A DNA stretch of 51,755 bases from Parcubacteria group bacterium (GCA_028286945.1 JAQBQR010000028.1:1-51755), one strand, 5' to 3'. Positions 1 to 10,018 are shown, counted from the first letter of the stretch. Numbers and translations: made by a program. Notes: generated by a model not told the origin, from the sequence alone.

Positions 1-2618
1 GCGGAACTAACACCGCAGTCGGTACGTCAACGCTTACAATCTCAACTGCAAGCTATGTGGGCATTGGTACCACTTCGCCTGCATCACTTCTTGAAATATC
101 AGGAACAGATACCGGCACAACGGCCACCACATTCACTCCCGCAACGACGCTTTCAATTGGAAACCGTTCAACGACGAACAACACCATTGCTACACTCGCA
201 TTCCGCACGCAGGACGCGACAAATGGTGTAGCATCTTCTTCAGCACAAATTGTTTCAATTAATAGCAGTCACACAGCAACGAAGATTTCAGGTATTCTTT
301 CGTTCCAAACAAATAATGCGGGTTCTCTAACGGAAAAAATGCGTATAACGGCCGCAGGACTTGTGGGCATTGCAACCAATGCTCCGGGATCGTATCTGAC
401 TATTAACCCAGCAACTCCGGCCGCAGGCACGGCGAATCTCAATGCCACTCAACTTGTGCAAATCGTAGGTGGTGCCGGCGGCGATAATACCGCGAATACG
501 GGCACCGTGTTTGCAGGAAATGGAGGTGCTATCGTCATTAACTCAGGTGCCGGTGGTTCGATTACAGGAACACCAACCTCAGGGTTTGGAGGTACCGGTG
601 GAAACATAAGCTTTATTGCCGGTGCCGGTGGTGCAGGAGGAGGAACGACTCCATTTGGTGGTAGCGCGGGCACCATAAGCTTCACCGCTGGCGCTGCCGC
701 TTCAAATGCTGGTGCAGTTGGTGGAGACGTCACCATCGGCGGGGGATCTGCAAGCCTCTCAACGGCCTTTGCTGGGTCGGTATACATCGCTGGTGGTAAC
801 GCAAGCACGAATGCGGCTACGGGAAATGTTATCTTGGGCGTCAGTATTTCAGGAGGTACTCCTCGTGGCAGGGTCGGCGTGGGAACCACAACTCCGTGGG
901 CTCTTTTCTCTATTGATCCAGAAACAACAAATCTTGCAGGAGGTACTCCTGAATTTGTCATTGGTTCTTCGAGTGCTACTCATCTGATTGTTACGCAGGC
1001 AGGTAAGGTTGGTATCGGTACTACTTCGCCTGCAGCACAGCTCACGACGACCGGTACCGTCCAATTCGCGAACTATGGCAGTGCAGGGGCAACCGTAACA
1101 ACTGATGCAAACGGTAACTTGTCTGTGTCATCTGACGAGAGACTCAAAGATATAAATGGCAGCTTTAACCGCGGTCTCGCTGAAATCGAACAGCTTTCCC
1201 CAATCCTGTACCATTGGAATGCAACAAGCGGTCTTGATCAGAAGGGTCAGTATGCCGGTTTTAGCGCTCAGAATGTAAAATCCGTAATTCCTGAAGCGGT
1301 GGCTACCGACAGCCGTGGATACCTTACCCTTGCTGATCGTCCTATCATTGCTGCAAGCGTGAACGCCATAAAGGAGCTCGCGGGACGCACCGATACGCTT
1401 GCGACCAGCTCGGCTAGCTTCACAGCACAGCTCCAGACATTGAATACGGCATTTGCTCAGAATCAGACAAATTTGGCACTTCCACATGCGCTTACCGCCA
1501 CAACACTTACCGCAGAATCACTCAGCATTGCGCAGGGAATTTCTTCCGGCTCACTCACCGCACAGTCAGTGAACGCTGCCGGAACCATATCAGCTGCACG
1601 CTACACCGTGCCGGCTGAAGCAAATGTGTTTACGTTCGGCTCAAGTACGATGAGCACCGTGCTTCCGCAGGAAGCACTAACAGATAACGGAAGTGTTGAT
1701 ATCTACAAACTTGCAAGCTACGGCGTCGCGCGCGTTCAAGCACTTGCAGAGCGCACTGATCTTCTTTCGATAAAGATTGATGATATTGAATCACGCCTTG
1801 CGGCGATAGAAGTACTTACCGGTAGCTCAAGTACCGATCCGGTGAACATCGTGGGAACTACGCTAACAAATATTCTTTCATCACTCGGCGTAGTGATGAA
1901 GGACGGTCTTGCGATGTTCAATAATTTGATAACGCATCAGCTTACGCTCGTGGGAGGAACGGACGGAACGGCATCAACGGGTTCAGTAACCATGCCGTCT
2001 GGATCTACCTCAATCGTTGTTACGAATGCACTCGTGCACCCAAGCTCAAAGATTTTCCTCACCTTCACTTCGTCAGTAGACGGTTCGTGGTACCTCTCAG
2101 AAAAGAAGGAGGGAAGCTTCACGGTAATGCTCTCGAAGCCACAAACGTCTGACACGGCCTTTGACTACTTCCTCATTCAAACTGACCCTCACGCGCAGGT
2201 CGCAGCGGCAGGACAGGCAAACCAGCCTGCGACGCCACCACCAGGAAGTTCAGAGGCAACAACCACACCACCTACGGTTTCTCAGGATGGGGGACCAACC
2301 GTCTCGCTCGTTGGGGACGCTGCAGCACAGGTCGTTCAGGGTGGCGCATGGACAGATCCTGGAGCCACCGCTGCCGCAGCTGATGGCACGAGCCTCACCG
2401 CAGACATTGTAGTAACCGGTACGGTAGACGTGCAGACGCCAGGGCTCTATACCATTACCTACCGCGCTACCGATGCAGGAGGGAAGATTGGCCAGGCATC
2501 ACGCGTGGTAACGGTTCTGGCGCCTGTAAGCGGCGCATCTGATCCTGCGGTAACCGCCACGCCGCCTGCAGACTCCGGCCCAACGGCTGGGGCTGATGCT
2601 GGCACACCGGCTTCATAA
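1..2618 (+). CDS. Giant surface/adhesin-like protein, C-terminal part (5' truncated): GIGTT-type repeats, Gly-rich region, peptidase S74-type intramolecular chaperone domain, C-terminal Ig-like (DUF5011-like) domain
   Basis: Frame is open from base 3. Repeated VGIGTTSP/VGVGTTTP motifs. SSDERLKDI...GFSAQNVKSVIPEAV...AIKEL is the S74 pattern. C-terminal GGAWTDPGATA...GTVDVQTPGLYTITY...RVVTV is Ig-like. Confidence 0.8.
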   Translation, partial: GTNTAVGTSTLTISTASYVGIGTTSPASLLEISGTDTGTTATTFTPATTLSIGNRSTTNNTIATLAFRTQDATNGVASSSAQIVSINSSHTATKISGILSFQTNNAGSLTEKMRITAAGLVGIATNAPGSYLTINPATPAAGTANLNATQLVQIVGGAGGDNTANTGTVFAGNGGAIVINSGAGGSITGTPTSGFGGTGGNISFIAGAGGAGGGTTPFGGSAGTISFTAGAAASNAGAVGGDVTIGGGSASLSTAFAGSVYIAGGNASTNAATGNVILGVSISGGTPRGRVGVGTTTPWALFSIDPETTNLAGGTPEFVIGSSSATHLIVTQAGKVGIGTTSPAAQLTTTGTVQFANYGSAGATVTTDANGNLSVSSDERLKDINGSFNRGLAEIEQLSPILYHWNATSGLDQKGQYAGFSAQNVKSVIPEAVATDSRGYLTLADRPIIAASVNAIKELAGRTDTLATSSASFTAQLQTLNTAFAQNQTNLALPHALTATTLTAESLSIAQGISSGSLTAQSVNAAGTISAARYTVPAEANVFTFGSSTMSTVLPQEALTDNGSVDIYKLASYGVARVQALAERTDLLSIKIDDIESRLAAIEVLTGSSSTDPVNIVGTTLTNILSSLGVVMKDGLAMFNNLITHQLTLVGGTDGTASTGSVTMPSGSTSIVVTNALVHPSSKIFLTFTSSVDGSWYLSEKKEGSFTVMLSKPQTSDTAFDYFLIQTDPHAQVAAAGQANQPATPPPGSSEATTTPPTVSQDGGPTVSLVGDAAAQVVQGGAWTDPGATAAAADGTSLTADIVVTGTVDVQTPGLYTITYRATDAGGKIGQASRVVTVLAPVSGASDPAVTATPPADSGPTAGADAGTPAS

Positions 2619-2639
2619 TCCATATAGTATTCTGTAACC

Positions 2640-2894
2640 ATGTCTCCCGTCACTTTCAATGAGCCCTCATACGAGTTCAGAAGCAATACTCCGAAAAGTA
2701 AGGGCATTACGGGTTGGCTCGTCGCGCGTGGTTTTGCAAAGGATGACAAAGGTGCGAACGTGCTGATGCTTAGTATCGCAGGCATTGGGTTTGCGATAAT
2801 GGTTGGCGTTTGGATAACCATGCCAAGCAAACATACTCAAACACCCCAAGAGCGTGCACGTATCGAAGCTTCTACCCGCATGCCCATTAAGTAG
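2640..2894 (+). CDS. Small single-TM membrane protein, paralog of 5333..5599, directly upstream of a pilin
   Basis: Hydrophobic segment VLMLSIAGIGFAIMVGVWI. Shares V.FNE.P.Y and AKD...A..LL.IA with 5333..5599. TATTCT -10 lies 6 nt before the ATG. Confidence 0.7.
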   Translation: MSPVTFNEPSYEFRSNTPKSKGITGWLVARGFAKDDKGANVLMLSIAGIGFAIMVGVWITMPSKHTQTPQERARIEASTRMPIK

Positions 2895-2899
2895 CAAAT

Positions 2900-3382
2900 A
2901 TGAAAAACATCCGCACCAAAGGTTTTACTCTCATTGAACTTCTCGTCGTCATTGCAATTATTGGAGTGCTCTCATCCGTGGTTCTGGCGAGCTTGAATTC
3001 AGCTCGTAATAAAGGAAAGGACGCTGCGATAAAAGAGGGAGTGCAACAAATGAGAAGTCTCATGGCCCTTGAGTATAACGACACGGGAACCTATACCGCG
3101 CTAGAACCAGGCCGTTGGTTCTATAGCACCGCGGACTGTGCAGCCTCATTTAGTGGAACGTATGCGGCAAATGCTCGTACCATTTGTTCGAACCTCTTTA
3201 GTAACACCTCAGGTTCAGGATCAGTGCTGTTTATAGGAAATGCCGTGGATCCGGTAGGGAAGTTCGCCATAATGGTTCTGTTGAATAGTAAAAATACGTA
3301 TTATTGCGCAGGAAGCAGCGGAGCCACATCGGATATAGAGACGGGCGGATGGGGCTCACCCGGCTGCTACGGTAATCCGTAG
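2900..3382 (+). CDS. Type IV pilin-like protein (prepilin N-terminal cleavage/methylation motif)
   Basis: KG^FTLIELLVVIAIIGVLSSVVLASLNSAR; Cys pairs in the C-terminal domain. Confidence 0.92.
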   Translation: MKNIRTKGFTLIELLVVIAIIGVLSSVVLASLNSARNKGKDAAIKEGVQQMRSLMALEYNDTGTYTALEPGRWFYSTADCAASFSGTYAANARTICSNLFSNTSGSGSVLFIGNAVDPVGKFAIMVLLNSKNTYYCAGSSGATSDIETGGWGSPGCYGNP

Positions 3383-3449
3383 CGCAGACGTGGTGCGCAC
3401 GAGCAGTGTTAGAATTATCAAATAGAAATTACCTCACGAATTTGCCCTT

Positions 3450-4463
3450 ATGAAACCTGTACGCGTAGCTATTAATGGATTCGGTCGCATTGGCCGCGCT
3501 TTTGTGCGTCAGGCATATGACCGCCCTGAGATTGAAGTGGTGGCGGTGAATGATTTGGGTTCGCTTGAAAATCTTGCGTACCTCCTTAAGTACGACACCG
3601 TGTATAAGCGCGCACCGTTTTCTGTAGAAGCGAAAGATGGAAAGCTAATGGTTAATGGAAAGGAAGTTGCATTCCTTTCTGAAAAAGATCCTGCGATGCT
3701 TCCGTGGAAGGATTTGAATGTAGATGTGGTAATTGAATCAACAGGATTTTTCACTGACTACGAAAAAGCGAATGCGCACATCACTGCTGGTGCGCGACGC
3801 GTGGTTATCTCTGCTCCGGTTAAAGATGAAAATCCTTTGGGCGCAACCGTGCTCATGGGACTTGATGAAAGTAAGTTAGGTACGTGCATGATCACAAGCA
3901 ATGCCTCATGTACCACGAACTCTGCGAGCCCGGTTATCGCTATTCTTGATGAAGCGATTGGTATTGAAAAAGCGATTCTTTCAACAACGCACGCATATAC
4001 TGCAAGTCAGTCCATTGTGGATGGCTCTGCGAAGAAAGATATGAAGGAAGGCCGCGCCGCGGCCCAGAACATCGTACCCACTTCAACGGGTGCAGCCATT
4101 GCCGTTACAAAAGCGTACCCATCACTAGCAGGGAAGTTTGATGGTATTTCACTTCGTGTGCCGGTTCCTGCAGGTTCGATAGCTGACGTTACGTTCATTG
4201 CGAAGCGCGCAACCACCGTAGAGGAAATAAATGCGGCGCTTCGCGTCGCCGCCTCTTCACCACGCTGGGCAGGAATCTTTTCTGCCACGGACGAAGAATT
4301 TGTTTCAAGCGACATCATCGGCGAACGCTTCGCTTCCATTGCTGACCTTGGCATGACGCGCGTCGTGGATGGCACGCTCGTAAAAGTACTCGCGTGGTAT
4401 GACAACGAAGCAGGGTACACGCACACACTCGTTGAGCATGCCATTAAAGCAGGGAATGCATAA
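3450..4463 (+). CDS. gap: Type I glyceraldehyde-3-phosphate dehydrogenase
   Basis: INGFGRIGR, SNASCTTN catalytic Cys, PTSTGAA, WYDNE. Confidence 0.97.
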   Translation: MKPVRVAINGFGRIGRAFVRQAYDRPEIEVVAVNDLGSLENLAYLLKYDTVYKRAPFSVEAKDGKLMVNGKEVAFLSEKDPAMLPWKDLNVDVVIESTGFFTDYEKANAHITAGARRVVISAPVKDENPLGATVLMGLDESKLGTCMITSNASCTTNSASPVIAILDEAIGIEKAILSTTHAYTASQSIVDGSAKKDMKEGRAAAQNIVPTSTGAAIAVTKAYPSLAGKFDGISLRVPVPAGSIADVTFIAKRATTVEEINAALRVAASSPRWAGIFSATDEEFVSSDIIGERFASIADLGMTRVVDGTLVKVLAWYDNEAGYTHTLVEHAIKAGNA

Positions 4464-4481
4464 CCAGTAATACATCTATAC

Positions 4482-4775
4482 ATGGAAGCATCACCAGAAA
4501 TCCAAGAAGTGCTCGATACGATACGAAGAGAAAACCGTCATACTCGAATGGTCTTCGGAGTTGGAATCATAATCCTGGCGGTGGTACTCATGTATCTCGC
4601 TCCAGTGGTAATCCGTTCTCAATTTGCGAACTCAGAATCAAACACCGACGATACTGCTCTGACCGCTACGATGCACAAACCAGTACCTGGAAAGCCAGCT
4701 AATAGCGGGCTAATAACCCATAGCACTACCACGTCGACCACCACTACCACGCAGGCCACATCGACAAAACCATAA
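4482..4775 (+). CDS. Hypothetical single-TM protein with Thr-rich tail
   Basis: TM MVFGVGIIILAVVLMYLAPVVI; fills the gap between gap and rpiB. Confidence 0.6.
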   Translation: MEASPEIQEVLDTIRRENRHTRMVFGVGIIILAVVLMYLAPVVIRSQFANSESNTDDTALTATMHKPVPGKPANSGLITHSTTTSTTTTTQATSTKP

Positions 4776-4825
4776 CTCGTGAGACTTCATTTCTTTCTCA
4801 CGTCAGACGCACTAGTATTAATTCT

Positions 4826-5308
4826 ATGAATATTTACCTCGCCGCTGATCACGCTGGATTTCGTCTAAAAGGGGTGTTGATAGAGCAGCTCGGCCTCTTG
4901 GGACACGCGGTCACCGACTGCGGTGCATTCGAACTTAATCCTGATGATGACTATCCTGATTTCGTTCAACCACTCGTAGAAAAAGTACTCGCCGATGAAG
5001 GGTCTTTTGGAATTATCTGCGCAGGCAGCGGGCAAGGGGAAGCGATGTGTGCGAATCGAACGCCAGGTATTCGTGCTGCCGTATTCTATGGACCCATGCC
5101 CGCACACGAAGCACTGGACCGCGAAGGTGGTTTTTCACAAGATGGATATGATGCGGTGCGTCTTTCACGCAGACATAATAATGCGAATGTGCTCTCGATT
5201 GGTTCACGATTTGTTTCTCCTTCACAAGCAGACGAGGCCATCCGAACCTTCCTTTCTACTGAGTTTACCGGTGACGAACGCCATATCCGCCGTCTCGGAA
5301 AGTTCTAA
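4826..5308 (+). CDS. rpiB: Ribose-5-phosphate isomerase B (RpiB/LacAB family)
   Basis: AADHAGF.LK, DYPDF, GSGQGE, RRHNNANVL, RHIRRL. Confidence 0.93.
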   Translation: MNIYLAADHAGFRLKGVLIEQLGLLGHAVTDCGAFELNPDDDYPDFVQPLVEKVLADEGSFGIICAGSGQGEAMCANRTPGIRAAVFYGPMPAHEALDREGGFSQDGYDAVRLSRRHNNANVLSIGSRFVSPSQADEAIRTFLSTEFTGDERHIRRLGKF

Positions 5309-5332
5309 ATTGGCCTGATACTATATAGAAGT

Positions 5333-5599
5333 ATGGCCAATGTATCCTTTAACGAAGAACCAAATTATCGCTACGCCTCTACAAAAAAGGTTCAAGCAAA
5401 GAGCAGCATCAGTGGTTTCTTAATACGAAATAATATTGCAAAGGACGAACGCAGCGCCCAGTACGTCCTTCTTGGTATTGCCGTGGTAGCTATCATTATT
5501 GCGATTTTTATCCTGACCCATTCGACAAACACCGCTGGCACTCCCCATCCATTGCCCGTACCCGCAGGTACCGTACTTCCCAGTCACGCAGTACGGTAA
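5333..5599 (+). CDS. Small single-TM membrane protein, paralog of 2640..2894, directly upstream of a pilin
   Basis: TM YVLLGIAVVAIIIAIFIL; motifs shared with 2640..2894. Confidence 0.7.
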   Translation: MANVSFNEEPNYRYASTKKVQAKSSISGFLIRNNIAKDERSAQYVLLGIAVVAIIIAIFILTHSTNTAGTPHPLPVPAGTVLPSHAVR

Positions 5600-5608
5600 T
5601 ATAAAGAT

Positions 5609-6043
5609 ATGAAGCAGAACCGCGCCTTCACCCTCATTGAACTCCTCGTCGTGATTGCAATCATTGGCCTTCTATCCAGTGTCGTACTTGCTTCGCTTAA
5701 CTCCGCACGTTCTAAGGCACGTGATGCACGAAGAATTTCTGATTTACATCAAATTCAAACCGCTCTTGAAACGTACTACGATAAAGTCGGCTCATACCCA
5801 CCCTATGGAACAACGTTTGTAACCGATGATCTCACCGTGTTAGTGCCAAACTATATTCCTGCATTCCCGCGAGATCCGAGTGTGCAAACCGCCCTTGGAG
5901 GAACGGACTACCGTTATTCCTCAGCAGGGGGAACAGCCGGATATGCGATACTCGCCTTTCTTGAAAAGACGCGTACGTGGTGCCAGATATCGAGCGGTAC
6001 TGATGCTCCCGGTTTGAACTGGGCAGCATTACCTCACTGTTAA
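5609..6043 (+). CDS. Type IV pilin / GspG-like pseudopilin
   Basis: RA^FTLIELLVVIAIIGLLSSVVLASLNSARSKARDARRISDL..IQTALETYY....YP; P.DP motif. Confidence 0.92.
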   Translation: MKQNRAFTLIELLVVIAIIGLLSSVVLASLNSARSKARDARRISDLHQIQTALETYYDKVGSYPPYGTTFVTDDLTVLVPNYIPAFPRDPSVQTALGGTDYRYSSAGGTAGYAILAFLEKTRTWCQISSGTDAPGLNWAALPHC

Positions 6044-6058
6044 ATTACGCGGTCATCT

Positions 6059-6778
6059 ATGAATATCATCATCCCGGCCGTCCTTCCAATCTCATCAGAA
6101 GACTTACAGGATAAACTTCTGCGGTTACAGGGGTTTGCCAAAAACGTCCAGGTTGATTTAGTAGATGGAGTATTTGCGTCGCCAGCGTCATGGCCATTTA
6201 CTACTCCGGGGAAAATAGATGAGCAAGGGCAAAATCTGGATGCACTTGAATTTTTGGGTGCGCTTCATATGGAACTTGATTTAATGGTGACAGATCCTGA
6301 AGCCTGCATTGATCCATGGATAACTGCCGGTGCGAATAGGATCACTATTCATGCGGAGAGCACACGAGTACTCCCAAAAATACTTTCAGATATTAAAACT
6401 AAATACGGTCATGATGTGGCATTTATGCCTGGCCTTTTATCCATCGGACTCGCTATTCATGCTTCTACAGAAATAAGTCTTATTGAGCCTTTTTTGAACC
6501 AGGTGGATTACGTACAGTTTATGGGCATTGATACCATTGGACGGCAGGGTGAACCCTTTGATGCCCGTATTTTGCCCAAGCTTCGCGCCTTTAAGAAAAA
6601 ATATCCGAAGATGCCCGTGCAGGTAGATGGAGGGGTATCGCTTGAAACGGCACCTGCGCTTTTATCTGCGGGAGTCTCGAGACTCATTGTGGGTTCTGCG
6701 ATATGGAAGGCGAAAAATGTGGAGACTGCGTATGCAGAGTTTGAAGAATTAACCACAAGGTACGGTATCTATACGTAA
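6059..6778 (+). CDS. rpe: Ribulose-phosphate 3-epimerase
   Basis: QVDLVDGVF, ITIHAE, QFMGI...GRQGEPF, QVDGGV, IVGSAI. Confidence 0.88.
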   Translation: MNIIIPAVLPISSEDLQDKLLRLQGFAKNVQVDLVDGVFASPASWPFTTPGKIDEQGQNLDALEFLGALHMELDLMVTDPEACIDPWITAGANRITIHAESTRVLPKILSDIKTKYGHDVAFMPGLLSIGLAIHASTEISLIEPFLNQVDYVQFMGIDTIGRQGEPFDARILPKLRAFKKKYPKMPVQVDGGVSLETAPALLSAGVSRLIVGSAIWKAKNVETAYAEFEELTTRYGIYT

Positions 6779-6809
6779 CTCAGAGCGCGTGCGTGGTATC
6801 GTAATATCA

Positions 6810-7688
6810 ATGAGTGTTACTGATGCAGAAGTAGCAGACCTTGAGAAAAAAGCGGAACAGATTCGCGAGACTATTATTACCATGCTTGTGTCAGCAGGTT
6901 CCGGGCACACTGCAGGACCCCTTGATATGGCTGATATTTTCACGGCTCTGTATTTTCATATCCTTAAACACGACCCGAAGAATCCCGAATGGGAAGAGCG
7001 CGACCGGTTAATTCTTTCAAACGGACATATTGTTCCTGTACGCTACGCAACGATGGCTCACGCAGGATATTTTTCGGTGGAAGAATGTCAGACACTTCGG
7101 AAATTCGGTTCGCGGCTGCAGGGACACCCGGAACGTGAGCGCCTCCCAGGACTGGAAACCACCTCAGGTCCACTGGGCGAAGGACTTTCACAAGGTGCGG
7201 GAATTGCGTACGCATTTCGCATGAGTGAAGGCACGCGAGCCAGCGCAAGCAACGCACGTCATGTATACGTCTGTATGGGTGACGGGGAACAAGACGAAGG
7301 AAACGTGTGGGAAGCCGCTATGTGGGCAGGAAAGAATAAGCTTTCAAATCTGATTGCAATCATTGACCGTAATAACATTCAGATAGATGGGATGACCGAA
7401 GACATCATGCCCCTGGGAGATCTGCGCGCGAAGTATGAAGCGTTTGGATGGCATGTGCTTGAAGTTGATGGACATAATATGCGCCAATTCATTGAAGCCG
7501 TAGATGAAGCGAAAGCTATTTTTGAAAAGCCGACAGTGATCATTGCTCATACCATCGCCGGAAAGGGAGTGCCGGATATTGAAACGGATTTTCACTGGCA
7601 TGGAAAACCTCCGACAAAAGAAGAAGGTGCGAAGTTCCTAAAGGAACTTCGCACGGCTGGCGGTCGGGTGCCGCACGAATATTCATAA
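6810..7688 (+). CDS. Transketolase, N-terminal (TPP-binding) subunit
   Basis: SGH, RDRLILSNGH, LQGHP, GDGE...W...N TPP motif. Start moved to ATG 6810 because TGG-TATCGT lies 7 nt upstream. Confidence 0.93.
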   Translation: MSVTDAEVADLEKKAEQIRETIITMLVSAGSGHTAGPLDMADIFTALYFHILKHDPKNPEWEERDRLILSNGHIVPVRYATMAHAGYFSVEECQTLRKFGSRLQGHPERERLPGLETTSGPLGEGLSQGAGIAYAFRMSEGTRASASNARHVYVCMGDGEQDEGNVWEAAMWAGKNKLSNLIAIIDRNNIQIDGMTEDIMPLGDLRAKYEAFGWHVLEVDGHNMRQFIEAVDEAKAIFEKPTVIIAHTIAGKGVPDIETDFHWHGKPPTKEEGAKFLKELRTAGGRVPHEYS

Positions 7689-7690
7689 CT

Positions 7691-8683
7691 ATGATTTCAC
7701 CTCACGCAAAACTAGCGGATACTGTCTTTTCTAAGGACGTCGAATTAAAATCGACGCGTGATGGTTTTGGTACGGGAACAGTAGAAGCAGGAAAGGCTGA
7801 TGAAAACGTAGTGGTGCTCTGCGCAGATCTTAAAGAATCAACGCGTGCCGAATGGTTTGAAAAAGAATTTCCTGGTCGCTTCATTGAGGTTGGCATTGCT
7901 GAACAAAATATGGCTGGTCTTGCTGCGGGGTTTGCGATGGCTGGCAAGGTTCCGTTCATCGCAAGCTACGCTGCATTCTCTCCTGGACGAAACTACGAAC
8001 AGCTTCGTACGATGGTTGCGCTTAACAATCTGCCCGTGAAAGTCATGGGAATGCACGCCGGTGTTTCTGTCGGGCCTGACGGTGCAACCCATCAAATGCT
8101 CGAAGACATGGGATTGATGCGTATGCTCCCTCGCATGGTGGTCATAAATCCTATTGATGCAGAAGAGGCGCGTAAGGCAGTAGTGGCAGCGGCAAAGACA
8201 AAAGAACCTACATATATTCGTTTTGGTCGTTCACCCGTGCCGGTGATTACCACGTCTGAGACACCATTTGAAATAGGGAAGGCACTTACGTTATGGAACG
8301 CGTCGAAGCCGAAGGTAGCGCTTATGGCGACCGGTGCGATGTCATCCGTGGCGCTCGCTGCTGCTCGTGCACTTGATGCTGATGGTATCGCCTGCACCGT
8401 GCTTCACGTACCCACAATCAAGCCACTCGATGAAAAGGCGGTATTAGCTGCGGCGCAAGCCGCCGGAAAGGTTATTACGATTGAAGAGCATCAGGTGGCC
8501 GGCGGCTTCGGCAGCGCCATCTGTGAATTCCTCGCAGAAACATATCCCGTACCAGTGAAGCGCCTCGGCATTCAGGATGTATTCGGTCAGAGCGGTGAAC
8601 CGAACGAGCTCTTAGAGCATTACGGACTCGGCGCACCGCACATTGCTGAAGTAGCCCGACAATTCGTAGGAAAGACGTTGTAA
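7691..8683 (+). CDS. Transketolase, C-terminal subunit
   Basis: GIAEQNM, GPDGATHQMLED, TIKPLD, IEEHQ..GGFGSA. Confidence 0.93.
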   Translation: MISPHAKLADTVFSKDVELKSTRDGFGTGTVEAGKADENVVVLCADLKESTRAEWFEKEFPGRFIEVGIAEQNMAGLAAGFAMAGKVPFIASYAAFSPGRNYEQLRTMVALNNLPVKVMGMHAGVSVGPDGATHQMLEDMGLMRMLPRMVVINPIDAEEARKAVVAAAKTKEPTYIRFGRSPVPVITTSETPFEIGKALTLWNASKPKVALMATGAMSSVALAAARALDADGIACTVLHVPTIKPLDEKAVLAAAQAAGKVITIEEHQVAGGFGSAICEFLAETYPVPVKRLGIQDVFGQSGEPNELLEHYGLGAPHIAEVARQFVGKTL

Positions 8684-8684
8684 T

Positions 8685-8834
8685 ATGGCTTCAAAACAAA
8701 TCAATCCTTTTCTAGCTATCCTTGCAATCACGATTATCGGTGCAACGGGTACTTTTTTCGTCGTACATAAAATATTTGATACCGACTTTACGTATGCTTC
8801 TGCCGCTGCACATGACGGCATTTCAACGAACTAA
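8685..8834 (+). CDS. Small 49-aa single-TM protein (not in the ORF track)
   Basis: ATG 1 nt after the tkt stop; MASKQINPFLAILAITIIGATGTFFVVHKIFDTDFTYASAAAHDGISTN; fills the gap to the convergent gene. Confidence 0.55.
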   Translation: MASKQINPFLAILAITIIGATGTFFVVHKIFDTDFTYASAAAHDGISTN

Positions 8835-8842
8835 GTTTTTCT

Positions 8843-9277
8843 CTAAGAACGAAACGAATGATCAAGTCCGGTGTCTGTTAACCTACCAATAGCCGCTTGG
8901 ATACGTCGATATTTGGCGTGAAATCGTGCTTTAATCTCGTCTGGCATTTGAGACTGTCGCTCTAAAACATTCTTAACTGCAACGATAGCAGGTAGCGCTT
9001 CCTTCGCTGACTCGCGCGCTGTATTTGCTTTAGCTTCTTCGTAAGTATGAAGTTGAATCGCAGCAAGCGCAGCAATATCATGCGTCTGTTCAAAGTTTTC
9101 AAATGCGTCTTCTAACTCCTTAATTTTCTCAGCGAGTTGTTCTGCGCTGAGTCCATCTCTTTCCGGAGCGGGGTAGTCGTTAGCAAATAATCTTGCTTGT
9201 TCCTGATCCTCTATTTCTTGCTGGTTCAATGCTTCCTTCGTTTCAAACACCGCTGGTTTCGGAGGTTTTTCTGACAT
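8843..9277 (-). CDS. Hypothetical acidic helical protein
   Basis: 144-aa ORF 8 nt downstream of transaldolase on the same strand; no recognised motif. Confidence 0.6.
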   Translation of the reverse strand: MSEKPPKPAVFETKEALNQQEIEDQEQARLFANDYPAPERDGLSAEQLAEKIKELEDAFENFEQTHDIAALAAIQLHTYEEAKANTARESAKEALPAIVAVKNVLERQSQMPDEIKARFHAKYRRIQAAIGRLTDTGLDHSFRS

Positions 9278-9285
9278 AGGTACTT

Positions 9286-10011
9286 CTAAAGAGAAAAGCC
9301 TGCAGCCTTACCGTCTTCGTAGAATGCCTTTACACCCTCAAGTGAAAACTCAGAAAGATCTTTGCCGATATCTCCAATCTTCTTAAGAATATCGGGTGGT
9401 ACGGTGATAATGTCTGCGCCCACAGACTCTGCTTCGTAGATGTTGTACACTTCGCGACAACTTGCCCATAAGAGCTGAGCAGCTGGCTTTGAGGAAAGAA
9501 TACTCTTTGCTTCACGCATGATCGGAAGGGGATCAACTCCGGTATCAGCAATACGCCCAGCGAATATAGAAACAATAGACGGAACATTTGCATCAAGTGC
9601 ATCGGCAACTTCTGCTACTTGTTCAGGAGCAATGATGAGTGTGATGTTCAACTTCATTCCTTCAGCCGCGAGCTTTTTAATAAGTGGCGCAGTAGATTCG
9701 CCGGAGGTATTGGTCACCGGAATTTTTACGTACACATTTTCACCCCAGGTATGGATGATGCGAGCTTGGCGCTCCATCTCCACAAGATCATCAGCAAACA
9801 CTTCAAAGGAGATGGGCTTGTCAGTAATCTCTTTAAGAATGTCGGTGGCGAATCCTTGATAGTCGCTTACTCCAGCCTTTCGTAAAAGATTAGGATTTGT
9901 CGTAAAACCCTTTATATATGGGTGAGTAGCGAGCTCGATAAGATCTTCACGCTTAGCGCCATCTACGTATAACTGTACGTGAAGCTGATCGATGGGTGTG
10001 GGTTTTTTCAT
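9286..10011 (-). CDS. tal: Transaldolase (short TalC/FSA-like type)
   Basis: GFTTNPNL, ISFEVF, NVYVKIP Schiff-base Lys, SIFAGRIADTG, LLWASCRE. True start is MKKPTP at 10011, with TATAAT 6 nt upstream. Confidence 0.92.
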   Translation of the reverse strand: MKKPTPIDQLHVQLYVDGAKREDLIELATHPYIKGFTTNPNLLRKAGVSDYQGFATDILKEITDKPISFEVFADDLVEMERQARIIHTWGENVYVKIPVTNTSGESTAPLIKKLAAEGMKLNITLIIAPEQVAEVADALDANVPSIVSIFAGRIADTGVDPLPIMREAKSILSSKPAAQLLWASCREVYNIYEAESVGADIITVPPDILKKIGDIGKDLSEFSLEGVKAFYEDGKAAGFSL

Positions 10012-10018
10012 AGCTACA

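Noticed and set aside
1-2618. Prophage tail gene
   Set aside because: No other phage genes downstream, and the repeats and neighbours fit a cellular CPR-type surface protein. The upstream context is not visible.
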